From sequence record SRR22947725_2610: a stretch of 58,079 nt of DNA; one strand, given 5' to 3'. The notes beneath the pieces are model-generated. The model saw nothing but the letters and a program-made list of their open reading frames with translations, was not told where the DNA came from and searched no databases. Below, one piece after another: positions 27,907-37,241 of this stretch. Positions within the stretch are counted from its first letter, which is position 1, and each line of letters begins with the position of its first letter. A program made the translations under genes and the position numbers.

Positions 27907-29367
27907 CTATTTAACATTGAGTGGAAATCTTAGTCTCGCTTCAGCGCCCTGCTGAATAAAGCGATTTTGCAAGCTAATTTCTCCTCCATGGAGCTTCATT
28001 ATTTTTCTAACAAACCTCAACCCTAAACCGTTCCCCCTAACGCCTGTATCTGGCCTTGTCACTGAGAAAAACCTTGTAAACAGTTTATTGATAACTTGAG
28101 GAGGTATTCCGGGCCCATCATCAAGAACAATGATAGAAATAGCAGAGTTCGTTTGAGAGGCTTTAATTGTAATTTTTCCTGAAGCGGGTGTGAAATCTAA
28201 TGCGTTGTTGACGATATTTCCAATGGCCTGAACTAAAAGTATTTTTTCAGCCTTCAGTGTTGCATTGCTGCTAATTTGAATATCGATATTGAGATCCTTA
28301 TCTAGTATTGTTTTAACTCGACTGGGCTCCTTTAAAACGGTATTGACAGTCTCTTTAATGCTCAGCGTTTCGACGTTTTTAAGTGCCTCACGCCTTTCAA
28401 TTCTTGATAAGTCAAGTAGCCTATTGACAAGTAGGTCCATATGCTTGTTCGACTCTAGGATGTTCTCTACAAAGCGCTTTCTTTGAGCATCACTCATCGG
28501 ACTTAAAAGGTTTTCAGCGGTCAGTTGTATACCTGTTATAGGTGTTCTGAGCTCATGAGCGAGAGTGTCTATATATTGTTCAACGTCATCTTTCAGTTCA
28601 ACGTTTGCTCTAGCATCTTTAATTGTTGTTGCAAGCTTATTGAACTGATTATTAAGGTCAGGCATCAAAACATCTTCACCGCTGAAGAGGTTGGCCGTAT
28701 ATTTTTGAACGCGGTTAATATTTCTAGATATACGATAACTACCCAAAAAGCCAAAGAGTAAGGAAATAACAAAGATATAAAAGATAAATCTTAGGAGATA
28801 GCTCTCACCCATTAATTCAATGAGAGGAGCAACCACAACAACGGTTCCTATTATTTCACCATTATTTCCATAAATAGGATTTGAGGCATTTAAAAATCTT
28901 GATTTCAGAAAGTATTCTATGACCACGCCTCTGGCTTTTTGAGTTCCAGCTACTTTTTCCGTTACTACACTTGTTGAATCTATCATGCCGCTCAGAGCAG
29001 ATTCAACCTCATTAGCATCTCGCATGTCTGTACCTAGAGTAAGTCCTCTTGAATCCAGAACCAAAAGACCATCTTTGTCAGTGACATAAATCGCTAAGTT
29101 TTCAAGTTTTTGGGGGCTGTTAGTATCAATCGTATTCCTTTGAGATCGAAGGTAATTGACAATCAAAGTTTCAAAGGTTTCTAAATCAATTTCACCATCC
29201 TTGTTGTTCTGAGAGGCAACACGGCTCATAAGGCTTGATACCTCAACCATAATCGATTTTGCAGACTCAAAAGTTGTTCTTTGAGCAAATAACCATAAAA
29301 GGCTTGAACTTACAATAAAGTAAAGAAGAAAGAGTTTTGTGCCAATATTAAGCTTGAAGCGCTTCAT
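27907..29367 (-). CDS. creC: two-component sensor histidine kinase, CreC-like
   Basis: YVTD..G.L.LDS, VEQYIDTLAHELRTP H-box, NALDF, DDGPGIP, GLGLRFV. Confidence 0.75.
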   Translation of the reverse strand: MKRFKLNIGTKLFLLYFIVSSSLLWLFAQRTTFESAKSIMVEVSSLMSRVASQNNKDGEIDLETFETLIVNYLRSQRNTIDTNSPQKLENLAIYVTDKDGLLVLDSRGLTLGTDMRDANEVESALSGMIDSTSVVTEKVAGTQKARGVVIEYFLKSRFLNASNPIYGNNGEIIGTVVVVAPLIELMGESYLLRFIFYIFVISLLFGFLGSYRISRNINRVQKYTANLFSGEDVLMPDLNNQFNKLATTIKDARANVELKDDVEQYIDTLAHELRTPITGIQLTAENLLSPMSDAQRKRFVENILESNKHMDLLVNRLLDLSRIERREALKNVETLSIKETVNTVLKEPSRVKTILDKDLNIDIQISSNATLKAEKILLVQAIGNIVNNALDFTPASGKITIKASQTNSAISIIVLDDGPGIPPQVINKLFTRFFSVTRPDTGVRGNGLGLRFVRKIMKLHGGEISLQNRFIQQGAEARLRFPLNVK

Positions 29368-30032
29368 TCAATAAGGCTGTATCCAATACCTCTATGAGTT
29401 TCAATATATTCATTAGTTTCATCCAACTCATGAAGACGTTTGCGTATTGATTTGATATGGGTATTAATAGTTTTAATATCTGAGCCATGAGGACGATCCC
29501 AAATAATACTCATTAAGTACTCCCTAGAGTGTACCCTGTTAGGGTTTTTAACTAAATGCGAGAGTATCTTGAATTCAGCGGGTGTCAGTGTAAGGTCCTG
29601 ATCCATGAACACGACTCTTTGCATAGCGTGATTTATACTAAATTTAGAGTCACCACTTTTAACCTCAGGTTTGACCATTCTGAGTTGAGCGCGAACATGT
29701 GCGACAACCAGTCTTGGGCTTAGCGGTTTGGTAACGTAGGCGTTAGCACCAAGTCCTTCAAGGCCCAGAACCTGGTCTGATTCATCATCCCTTGCAGAGA
29801 TAATAATCACTGGCAAGTTAGATTTTTCACGGACTTTTCTTAGTAAATCAAATCCACTCATGTCAGGCAAGCCGACATCGAGTAAGATTAAATCAACCTC
29901 ATTATCTTTATGAAACTCGAGTGCTTCCTTTCCATTGTCGAACCATTTACAATTAAAAGAATCTTTTTCTAAAATAAAGCAGATACTTTCAGCGATTGTT
30001 TTATCATCTTCAACTATTAAGATTGTTTCCAT
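29364..30032 (-). CDS. creB: OmpR-family response regulator, CreB-like
   Basis: VEDD, LDVGLPDMSGF, TKP, wHTH with HIKSIR and THRGIGYSL; 4-bp overlap with kinase. Confidence 0.78.
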   Translation of the reverse strand: METILIVEDDKTIAESICFILEKDSFNCKWFDNGKEALEFHKDNEVDLILLDVGLPDMSGFDLLRKVREKSNLPVIIISARDDESDQVLGLEGLGANAYVTKPLSPRLVVAHVRAQLRMVKPEVKSGDSKFSINHAMQRVVFMDQDLTLTPAEFKILSHLVKNPNRVHSREYLMSIIWDRPHGSDIKTINTHIKSIRKRLHELDETNEYIETHRGIGYSLIE

Positions 30033-30095
30033 ATTTAGATCATTAATTATTTAAGAAAAGTGGCATTGTAAATTAAAACTAAACAAAAGAAAGAA

Positions 30096-30162
30096 TCTTC
30101 ATAAAGTCTTCATCAAAACTCCATATATTCAACATTTGACAACAAGTGTTGGAGACTATTAT
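30096..30162 (+). promoter_or_regulatory. four 11-bp-phased direct repeats plus sigma70-like promoter
   Basis: TCTTCAT 30096, TCTTCAT 30107, ACTCCAT 30118, TCAACAT 30129; TTGACA 30136-30141; TATTAT 30157-30162 (15-bp spacer). Confidence 0.65.
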
Positions 30163-30166
30163 GTGC

Positions 30167-30436
30167 ATATTGTTTTTAGTTTATTAGAGATTTTTCTGTA
30201 ACTACTACCCCTTTAAGTTACAGATTAAACAAATCGTTAATACTCTAATCTTTAGGTTAGATTATACATACCATTTTGTAAGTCTCTAATAGCTAAAAAC
30301 AATATTTAGATATTTAGTTTATGTATCAGTTTTTAAAGAACCTCGAATACCTATGTCATTCTCTCTCCGTTTGACAACTGAGGTACCCGCTTTAGTTGGC
30401 AGGTTACTCCTACCGGCCAACTAAAGTACTTTTCTT
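30167..30436 (+). ncRNA. candidate structured small RNA, family not recognised
   Basis: ~23-bp closing stem 30167-30190/30283-30305 with nested hairpins, further hairpin 30348-30385, terminator at 3' end, promoter at 5' end. Confidence 0.55.
30390..30436 (+). terminator. intrinsic terminator
   Basis: CTTTAGTTGGC / GCCAACTAAAG 11-bp stem followed by TACTTTTCTT. Confidence 0.7.
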
Positions 30437-30451
30437 AACTAACAATATTAA

Positions 30452-30616
30452 ATGCAAAAAACAATGCCTAACAATTCGCTTAAAAGATCTACTGTTTCAT
30501 ATTGCAAAAGAAATAACATTGATGAAAAACAGCTTATCAAAGCTATGAATTGGTATCTTAGTGCTAAACGTGGTGCGAAGGATTACTCAAATATTGATTC
30601 TTTTTTAAAGCCTTAG
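30452..30616 (+). CDS. small basic hypothetical protein (54 aa), not in ORF track
   Basis: MQKTMPNNSLKRSTVSYCKRNNIDEKQLIKAMNWYLSAKRGAKDYSNIDSFLKP; no clear RBS. Confidence 0.4.
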   Translation: MQKTMPNNSLKRSTVSYCKRNNIDEKQLIKAMNWYLSAKRGAKDYSNIDSFLKP

Positions 30617-30639
30617 ATACTATTTCTTAATTTTTGTGA

Positions 30640-31164
30640 ATGACTAGATTATTCAAACAATTCATTTTTGTTGCACTTCTATTACCTATTTCATTTGCTT
30701 CTCTAGCGAAGATCAAGGTCGGCAGTAAAGCTCCAAATTTTACTCTTAGTGATCAAAATAGTATTCAGCACCAACTCAGTGATTATGAAGGAAGCTGGGT
30801 TATATTGTACTTCTATCCAAAGGATGACACCCCAGGTTGTACTACTCAGGCCTGTGACTTTAGAGATGCAGTCAAAAGAATTATTGCAAGCAAGTCAAAT
30901 GTCTTTGGTGTTAGCCTTGATAGTGTTGAGTCTCACAAGCGTTTTGCTGATAAAAATAACCTCCCATTTTCACTACTATCTGATGAGTCCGGAGAGGTCT
31001 CTGAGGCTTACGACTCTCTTAATAACTTTATGAGCTTTAAGAGCGCTAAAAGAAACACGTTTATTATTGATCCAGATGGAAAAGTTGCAAAGATTTATCT
31101 TTCTGTCAAGCCAAGTACTCACTCTCAGATGGTGCTTAATGATTTGAATCAACTTCAAAATTAA
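30640..31164 (+). CDS. bcp: peroxiredoxin BCP/PrxQ with N-terminal signal-like segment
   Basis: LYFYPKDDTPGCTTQACDFRD. Confidence 0.9.
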   Translation: MTRLFKQFIFVALLLPISFASLAKIKVGSKAPNFTLSDQNSIQHQLSDYEGSWVILYFYPKDDTPGCTTQACDFRDAVKRIIASKSNVFGVSLDSVESHKRFADKNNLPFSLLSDESGEVSEAYDSLNNFMSFKSAKRNTFIIDPDGKVAKIYLSVKPSTHSQMVLNDLNQLQN

Positions 31165-31439
31165 AGTGATTTAAAACTATTCACTAAACTTAGTTTAGTT
31201 TCTCTACTCATTTTCTTAATAATGAGTTCCCTTTTAAGGGCATCACTTCTTGAACTAACTTTTTCCTGATAGACTACTTTTAATGGCCTACGAGCTCTTG
31301 TATATTTGGCGCCTCCAGGCAATTCTCCTGCATGCTGTTTAATGCGATTTTCTAAGTCATTCGTGATTCCACAATAGAGCGTTTTATCTCCACACTCAAG
31401 GAGATATACTGTCCAAATTTTTGTAGGAATATCAATCAT
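31161..31439 (-). CDS. GIY-YIG nuclease (YhbQ/UPF0213 type)
   Basis: VYLLEC.D.TLYCGIT.D..R...H, GAKYTR, ALKRE..IK. Confidence 0.9.
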   Translation of the reverse strand: MIDIPTKIWTVYLLECGDKTLYCGITNDLENRIKQHAGELPGGAKYTRARRPLKVVYQEKVSSRSDALKRELIIKKMSRETKLSLVNSFKSL

Positions 31440-31528
31440 TAAAAACTTTTTACCATATTTATCAAATACAATATTAAATTACACTATAATTCGCGCTTTT
31501 TTAAGAATATTTGATTATATAAACGATT

Positions 31529-32779
31529 ATGTTGACAATTGTCATGCGCTCTATATGGCCTATATTTTTAGGCATATTATTTATCAGCCTAGGAAACGGC
31601 CTACAGGGAACCCTCAGTAGCTGGAGAGCAGACTATGAGGGCTTTTCAGTCATTACGACTGGATTAGTCATGTCTGGTTATTTTTTAGGGGCATTTGCAA
31701 GCTCAATGCTTTCACCAGCACAAATCAAAAAAACTGGCCAAATCAGAACTTATGCCGCATATGCGTCGATCGCTTCAACGGCGATATTAATACAAATATT
31801 GTTTATCGAGCCGCCTGTCTGGTTTATTTCCAGATTTTTGTCTGGTTTTTGTGTTGCAGGCATAATGATTATTGTAGAGGGGTGGCTTAATTCCATCTCG
31901 TCTAACGAGAATAGGGGGCAACTATTCTCAATCCATATGGTCGTGGTTTGGGGAGGACTAGCAATGGGACAGGGCCTTTTTGTTGTAGATAATCCTGCAG
32001 GCGTCAGTTTATTTTTGTTGGCATCGATCCTATTGTCTGTTTCACTCATACCCATTCTACTGACTGAAATTAAAGCGCCCGATACCGAAATACAAGAATC
32101 TTTGGGCATTAAGGCGCTATGGAAGTCATCTCCATCTGGCGTTATAACGTTAGGAGTTTCTGGATTGGCTTCTGCTGGTTTTTTTGGAGTAGGCACTATT
32201 TATGCGATTAAGTCTGGGCTCAGTGTTTCTGAAACCGCTTTATTTATGACTCTCTTTATTGGTTTTGGCGCAGCTTCACAGTGGCCATTAGGATGGTTAT
32301 CAGATAAGATTGATCGACGCAAGGTTATTCTGTTGTGTTGTCTAGTGGTGACCAGTATTTGCGTCTTGCTTTCATTATTTGAATTTTCAAAAACAGTCTT
32401 TTTGATATTAAATGGCTTGATTGGAGCATTTACTCTGCCGCTATACTCTCTGGGCGTTGCTCAAACGAATGATCGCTTAAAGCCCAGCCAAATGGTTAGT
32501 GCCAGTGGAACTATTATTTTTGTGTATAGTCTTTTTGCTGCATTAGGTCCATTTTCGATGAGTTACTTTATTAACTTATTTGATGAGTTTGGATTCTTGC
32601 TTTATTTGGCTGGTGTTCATGTGCTCATTGCAATCATTGTGTTTGGCATGATGTTTATTACTGATGACGTTGATGAGTCTGACCAAGCAAACTTCCAGGT
32701 TATGGCTCAAAGACCAAGTGTTGTTGGAATGGAGGTTATTGCTGAGGAAGCTTTAGAGTCTCAGCTTGATTCAGACTAA
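31529..32779 (+). CDS. MFS transporter (YcaD-like)
   Basis: 12 hydrophobic segments, GNGLQGT, QWPLGWLSDKIDRR. Confidence 0.88.
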   Translation: MLTIVMRSIWPIFLGILFISLGNGLQGTLSSWRADYEGFSVITTGLVMSGYFLGAFASSMLSPAQIKKTGQIRTYAAYASIASTAILIQILFIEPPVWFISRFLSGFCVAGIMIIVEGWLNSISSNENRGQLFSIHMVVVWGGLAMGQGLFVVDNPAGVSLFLLASILLSVSLIPILLTEIKAPDTEIQESLGIKALWKSSPSGVITLGVSGLASAGFFGVGTIYAIKSGLSVSETALFMTLFIGFGAASQWPLGWLSDKIDRRKVILLCCLVVTSICVLLSLFEFSKTVFLILNGLIGAFTLPLYSLGVAQTNDRLKPSQMVSASGTIIFVYSLFAALGPFSMSYFINLFDEFGFLLYLAGVHVLIAIIVFGMMFITDDVDESDQANFQVMAQRPSVVGMEVIAEEALESQLDSD

Positions 32780-33390
32780 ACGCTAGCAGGATTGTCTATA
32801 TCATGCCCCAGATCTTTGAGGTCCTGGTATCGATCACCTATTCGATGGTGAGGCCTGCCTCCAATTGAGGCGCCCAATGCCACTACAATTTCATCATCGG
32901 CTGGAGCGTCAGGGATAGAGAGCTGAATGGTTAGATAATGTGATCGACGCCCTGCATCATTTTTGTCCATGAGTGGAATCATGATAGGCGCATTTGCGCC
33001 TCCTCGTATATTACAAAAAGAGAGATAGGATTTAGCACCAACTGCTTCTCTATAAAAGTTACCAAAACGAAGGGTGTGAATGATCCCTGAGGCGTGTTCA
33101 ATTTCTCCTTTTAGGCCTACAATTGCTGATTTGCCATAGCCTTCTACGTTTTCACCCGAGCCGGCCTCATTAATGATCATCTCGGTTAGCTTCTCACCCA
33201 GGCCTGGGGCGACATCGAGAATACTAGGTTTCAGATCAGCTATAAATTGATCACCTTTTTGTAAGTCAATCCAAGGGTTTTTAATGACTGCAACTGCCGC
33301 TATAAGGGTAAGGGGTTTTGGGGCTTCTTTGTTGCCCTCAATATAGGTTTTTTCAACGTGTAACAAAGTTTTTCTTATTTGTGCTGGCAT
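32776..33390 (-). CDS. DUF1185 / 'amino acid synthesis' family protein
   Basis: start moved to ATG 33390 after GGAGA; AVAVIKNPW, YGKSAIVG..GEIEH, RSHY, DAPADDEI. Confidence 0.85.
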   Translation of the reverse strand: MPAQIRKTLLHVEKTYIEGNKEAPKPLTLIAAVAVIKNPWIDLQKGDQFIADLKPSILDVAPGLGEKLTEMIINEAGSGENVEGYGKSAIVGLKGEIEHASGIIHTLRFGNFYREAVGAKSYLSFCNIRGGANAPIMIPLMDKNDAGRRSHYLTIQLSIPDAPADDEIVVALGASIGGRPHHRIGDRYQDLKDLGHDIDNPASV

Positions 33391-33415
33391 ACGTTCTCCA
33401 ATTAATTTCCTTGCT

Positions 33416-33769
33416 TCATTCTGAATTAGAGGCCTTATTAAGGCCTCTTTGAAAAACAATAATTAAAGCGCCGGTCTCAGAAAATGATGAGTGCTCACTA
33501 CCAGGCTCAAAAGAAACAAATTCTCCTTTTCGAAATACAGTGCCATCTGAATCAATGAGCTCGCCTTCGATCATTATAAATTCTTCAAATCCCATGTGCA
33601 TATGGGGAACGGTTTGGGCGCCTGGATCCATTTTTAAGACGTAGCTTCCTTGTCCTGATGTTTGGTCATAACTGATAATATGCCAACTCATCTTTGGGAC
33701 AGGTGATCCGTATCGATCAAAGGGCATGAACTCGATGTTGTGTATATCAACGACGTGTCTATCGTGCAT
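33416..33769 (-). CDS. ChrR-like cupin domain protein
   Basis: PGA..PHMHMGFEEFIMIEG, PGSEHS. Confidence 0.8.
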   Translation of the reverse strand: MHDRHVVDIHNIEFMPFDRYGSPVPKMSWHIISYDQTSGQGSYVLKMDPGAQTVPHMHMGFEEFIMIEGELIDSDGTVFRKGEFVSFEPGSEHSSFSETGALIIVFQRGLNKASNSE

Positions 33770-33793
33770 AGCTATATTGATTAATAAGTATTT

Positions 33794-34609
33794 TCAGATG
33801 GATGATTGTAACCAATTGTCTTCAGCATAATGACAATTATCATCAACTAAATGTATGCTAAAAGCTTGCCTCGATTTGTTTGAAGTATTTTCTGCGCTAT
33901 AGTGAGGAAGCTGACCATGCAGAATAATGAGGGTTCCAGCCTTCACTTCCAAAAGGTCAAGAGCAGTATTAGGCCAGGGGGATTCGTCTAAAATTTCAAA
34001 CTCTGTGCCACCAGATTTAGCCAACTTAAAGCGCTTTTTTAACGGTATTGTGTGACCACCTGTAATCGCTTGAAGGCAACCATTTTCAATATTAGCATCC
34101 TCTAGTGCCACCCAAAATCCAATACAGCTCTTTGGAGAGGTATACAAAAAGGTTGAGTCCTGATGAAGACCGACTTCACCCCCAATATTAGGCTGTTTAA
34201 AAATATGCATTGATTGAAGTTTTCGAGGTTTTTGAATTCCTAATTGCTTACCAATCTCCGGAATATCAAGCGAATTAATCACCTTTTTATAAATTGGATC
34301 TAATTCATGCTGTGCGTGACCTATTTTATTAATTGATTTTTGCTTTGGCACAGTAAAGTTACCGTTGCTATCAATCGCCTTTTCTTCAAAGAAGAATCGA
34401 ATCTGGTCTCCTGAGCTCAAAAAGTAATCATCACTTGATCTTTCTTGTTCGTTGGTTGTAAAAATTGAATGCGATGAGGAGGGGTCAAAATCATCAATAA
34501 GCTCTTCAGCACGCTCCATTAGAAGTTTTCTTTGGGTGTCACTAAGAAAGTCTTTGACAACGAGGTAGCCATTTTTATTGTAGGATGAAATTTGAGTTGA
34601 GGTTAACAT
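33794..34609 (-). CDS. phytanoyl-CoA dioxygenase family protein (PHYHD1-like)
   Basis: INKIGHA.H, QSM.IFKQP.IGGEV..HQD.TFL, ENGCL, LPHYS..N.S..SR. Confidence 0.9.
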   Translation of the reverse strand: MLTSTQISSYNKNGYLVVKDFLSDTQRKLLMERAEELIDDFDPSSSHSIFTTNEQERSSDDYFLSSGDQIRFFFEEKAIDSNGNFTVPKQKSINKIGHAQHELDPIYKKVINSLDIPEIGKQLGIQKPRKLQSMHIFKQPNIGGEVGLHQDSTFLYTSPKSCIGFWVALEDANIENGCLQAITGGHTIPLKKRFKLAKSGGTEFEILDESPWPNTALDLLEVKAGTLIILHGQLPHYSAENTSNKSRQAFSIHLVDDNCHYAEDNWLQSSI

Positions 34610-34659
34610 GATTAAAGAATGTTAAAAATATAGATTGGAGATTATATTAGCTTTAAAGT

Positions 34660-35739
34660 TTAAGAGACATAAGTTTTGTAAACCCTATTTGTAATTTTTG
34701 TGAATATCTCATAAGAAATTGTATTGGAGTTTTCAGCAACCACATCAATAGGGATATTATCTCCAAAAAGCTCCACGCGATCGCCTATTTGAGGATTTAG
34801 AACCCCATCCAAGTCAATTGTGATCATATCCATAGAGACTTTGCCTGCTAGTTTGGCAACAGAGCCATTAATAAAAACAGGTGTACCATCTCTAGCGCTT
34901 CTGGGGTATCCATCGCCGTAACCAATTGCAACTACGCCAATAGTAGTATCTTTTTTGCAGGAAAATCTATCGCCATAGCCAATAGTTTGTCCTTTTTTAA
35001 AGCGCTTAATAGAAATAACTGTCGAAGAGAGTGTCATGACTGGCAGCAGGTCCTTGAAATTCTCACTGAATGGAAAAGGAGAAGAGCCATAAAGCATAAT
35101 TCCTGGCCTTATAAAGTCTCTATGTGAATCTCCATGAGCCATTATTGCAGCTGAATTTGCGAGCGAAGTTTGTTTTTTGTTATAACCTAGTAGACTATTA
35201 AATTTAGATAATTGTTTGTCTGTTGAGTTACTTTCTAGGTTATCTGCGCTGGAAAAGTGTGACATTAATGTTATGCTCTCAACATTTTTACTATTTTCAA
35301 GCAGTTGAGAAACTTTTATAAATTCATCCTCTTGGAACCCTAAGCGTCCCATACCAGAGTCAATTTTAATAAAAATATTAAATTTGAAGTTTGACTTATT
35401 ATTAAGTACCCATTGCACTTGAAGGGAATTACAGACAACTAGCCAAAGGTTTAATTGGCTTACCAGTTCTGTCTCAGACTCTTCAAAAATTCCCTCCATA
35501 AGAAGTATGGGTGTGGAGAGAATTCCTGAATTTCTAAGCTCCTGAGCTTCTTCAGAGCAAGCAACACCATAACAGTCAGCATCTCCTTCAAGTTGGTGGG
35601 CAACCTCTATAGCTCCGTGGCCATAGGCATTTGCCTTAACAACAGCTATCACCTGGGATTGAGGTGCTAATGATTTAGCATAGAGATAGTTTTTTTTAAT
35701 TGCACTAAGGTTGATCGAGGCAATGCATTTTCTAGCCAT
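34660..35739 (-). CDS. alr: alanine racemase
   Basis: VVKANAYGHG, KIDSGMGRLG, RPGIMLYG, GYGDGY, VSMDM; start ATG 35739 overlaps dadA end. Confidence 0.95.
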   Translation of the reverse strand: MARKCIASINLSAIKKNYLYAKSLAPQSQVIAVVKANAYGHGAIEVAHQLEGDADCYGVACSEEAQELRNSGILSTPILLMEGIFEESETELVSQLNLWLVVCNSLQVQWVLNNKSNFKFNIFIKIDSGMGRLGFQEDEFIKVSQLLENSKNVESITLMSHFSSADNLESNSTDKQLSKFNSLLGYNKKQTSLANSAAIMAHGDSHRDFIRPGIMLYGSSPFPFSENFKDLLPVMTLSSTVISIKRFKKGQTIGYGDRFSCKKDTTIGVVAIGYGDGYPRSARDGTPVFINGSVAKLAGKVSMDMITIDLDGVLNPQIGDRVELFGDNIPIDVVAENSNTISYEIFTKITNRVYKTYVS

Positions 35740-37018
35740 AATTTTGGGGTGTTCTATTAGCAAAGCTATAACGGCTCATATCTATTCCTTCTAAGGATAT
35801 TTCAGGCTCACTTCCAGAAATTAAATTAGCTAATAGTTTGCCAGAACCCGCTGACATTGTCCATCCAAGGGTTCCATGTCCAGTATTTAGATATAAATTA
35901 CTGTATGGTGTAGGCCCAATGATCGGAGTGCTATCCGGCGTACTTGGTCTAAAGCCCGTCCAAAAATTTAAATCCTTTGTCTGTTCATATGAGTTGGGAA
36001 ATAATCTATCTATACCTTGCTTTAAAGACTCGAGTGATTTGGCTCTTAATTCCTTATTAAAGTCAGTTAGGTGAGCAATTCCAGCAACACGTATTGTATC
36101 TCCTAGCCTGGTGATTGCAATTTTATTTCTCTCATCCATTATTGTAGATTGAGGGGCATCTTTATCATCCAAAACAGGGAGAGTGATGGAGTATCCCTTG
36201 ACAGGATAAATAGGAGTTTGAATGCCAATTTGAGAGAGGATATTATTGGAGTGACTACCAAGAGAAACAGAATAGCAATCCGCTTTAAATTCCCCTTTAC
36301 TGGTTAAAACTGCAGAAACTGCATTATTGTGTGTTTCAATGGCATTAATTTCAGTCTTGAACTCAAAATTAACGCCCATTTCTAAACATTTTTTATAGAT
36401 CTCATTTGAAAATAAATAACAATTTCCGGTAAAGTCATCTGTAAATTGAACCCCCCCAGCAATTTGATTTTTTACATATCTAAGGCCGGGCTCAATCTTT
36501 AAACAACCCTCAGGATCAAGTAGCTCAGATTTAATATTAAATTTTTCTAAAATTGAAATATCTTTCTTTGCTTTATCAATTTCCTTGGAATCCCAAAAAA
36601 GTTGAAGAGAGCCTTGTTTTCTCTGCACATAATTGATATCAAAATCTGCCTCAATTTCAAGTAGTGCTTTTTGAGAGTAATTAGCAATTCTAAGCATACG
36701 ACTTTTATTAACTTCATAGCTTTTTGAATTACAGTTTTTATACAATCGATACATGAACTTAATAGTCTCAATGCTCATGTTTGGGTTAACAACAAGAGGT
36801 GATCGCCCTGACAAAGCCCATTTTAAAATATTAAAGGGAAGTCCAGGAGACGCTAAAGGGGATGTAAAGCCATAGGATAAGCAACCAGCATTCGCATGGC
36901 TAGTCTCCATAGCAACACTATCTTGCCTGTCAATGACAGTAACATGATGCCCTTGTTTAGCAAGGAAATAGGCTGAAGTTGTCCCAATTACTCCAGCACC
37001 TAAAACGAGAACTTTCAT
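35732..37018 (-). CDS. dadA: D-amino acid dehydrogenase
   Basis: GAGVIG, ETSHANAG, YPVKGYS, NTGHGTLGWTM; upstream of alr. Confidence 0.93.
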   Translation of the reverse strand: MKVLVLGAGVIGTTSAYFLAKQGHHVTVIDRQDSVAMETSHANAGCLSYGFTSPLASPGLPFNILKWALSGRSPLVVNPNMSIETIKFMYRLYKNCNSKSYEVNKSRMLRIANYSQKALLEIEADFDINYVQRKQGSLQLFWDSKEIDKAKKDISILEKFNIKSELLDPEGCLKIEPGLRYVKNQIAGGVQFTDDFTGNCYLFSNEIYKKCLEMGVNFEFKTEINAIETHNNAVSAVLTSKGEFKADCYSVSLGSHSNNILSQIGIQTPIYPVKGYSITLPVLDDKDAPQSTIMDERNKIAITRLGDTIRVAGIAHLTDFNKELRAKSLESLKQGIDRLFPNSYEQTKDLNFWTGFRPSTPDSTPIIGPTPYSNLYLNTGHGTLGWTMSAGSGKLLANLISGSEPEISLEGIDMSRYSFANRTPQNYG

Positions 37019-37241
37019 TCTTTTATGGGAATTAAAAATGTTAATTTTACCACTTTGAAATATGGATTATTTGTTCTAGAGATTGAGTAATTTATTGAAG
37101 GATATATTTTAAATATTTTTAAATAACAACCATATAAAAATCATACTATAAATGCTTGTAAAAAAAGAATAATTATCTCTATGCTTTTTGAAATAAAGCG
37201 TTTAAAATCATCATATTAATTATCTATTTTTGGAGCCAGTT

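Noticed and set aside
30167-30305. Long terminal inverted repeat as a MITE/IS remnant
   Set aside because: No second copy or transposase seen in the window; strand-biased G-U pairs, an upstream promoter and a downstream terminator fit an RNA gene better. Not excluded without a genome-wide search.
30167-30436. 6S RNA, tmRNA, RNase P RNA, SRP RNA or a CsrB/Rsm-type RNA on the minus strand
   Set aside because: None of their hallmark sequences or usual neighbours were recognised; only about two loop GGA motifs on the minus strand, and promoter/terminator polarity is plus.
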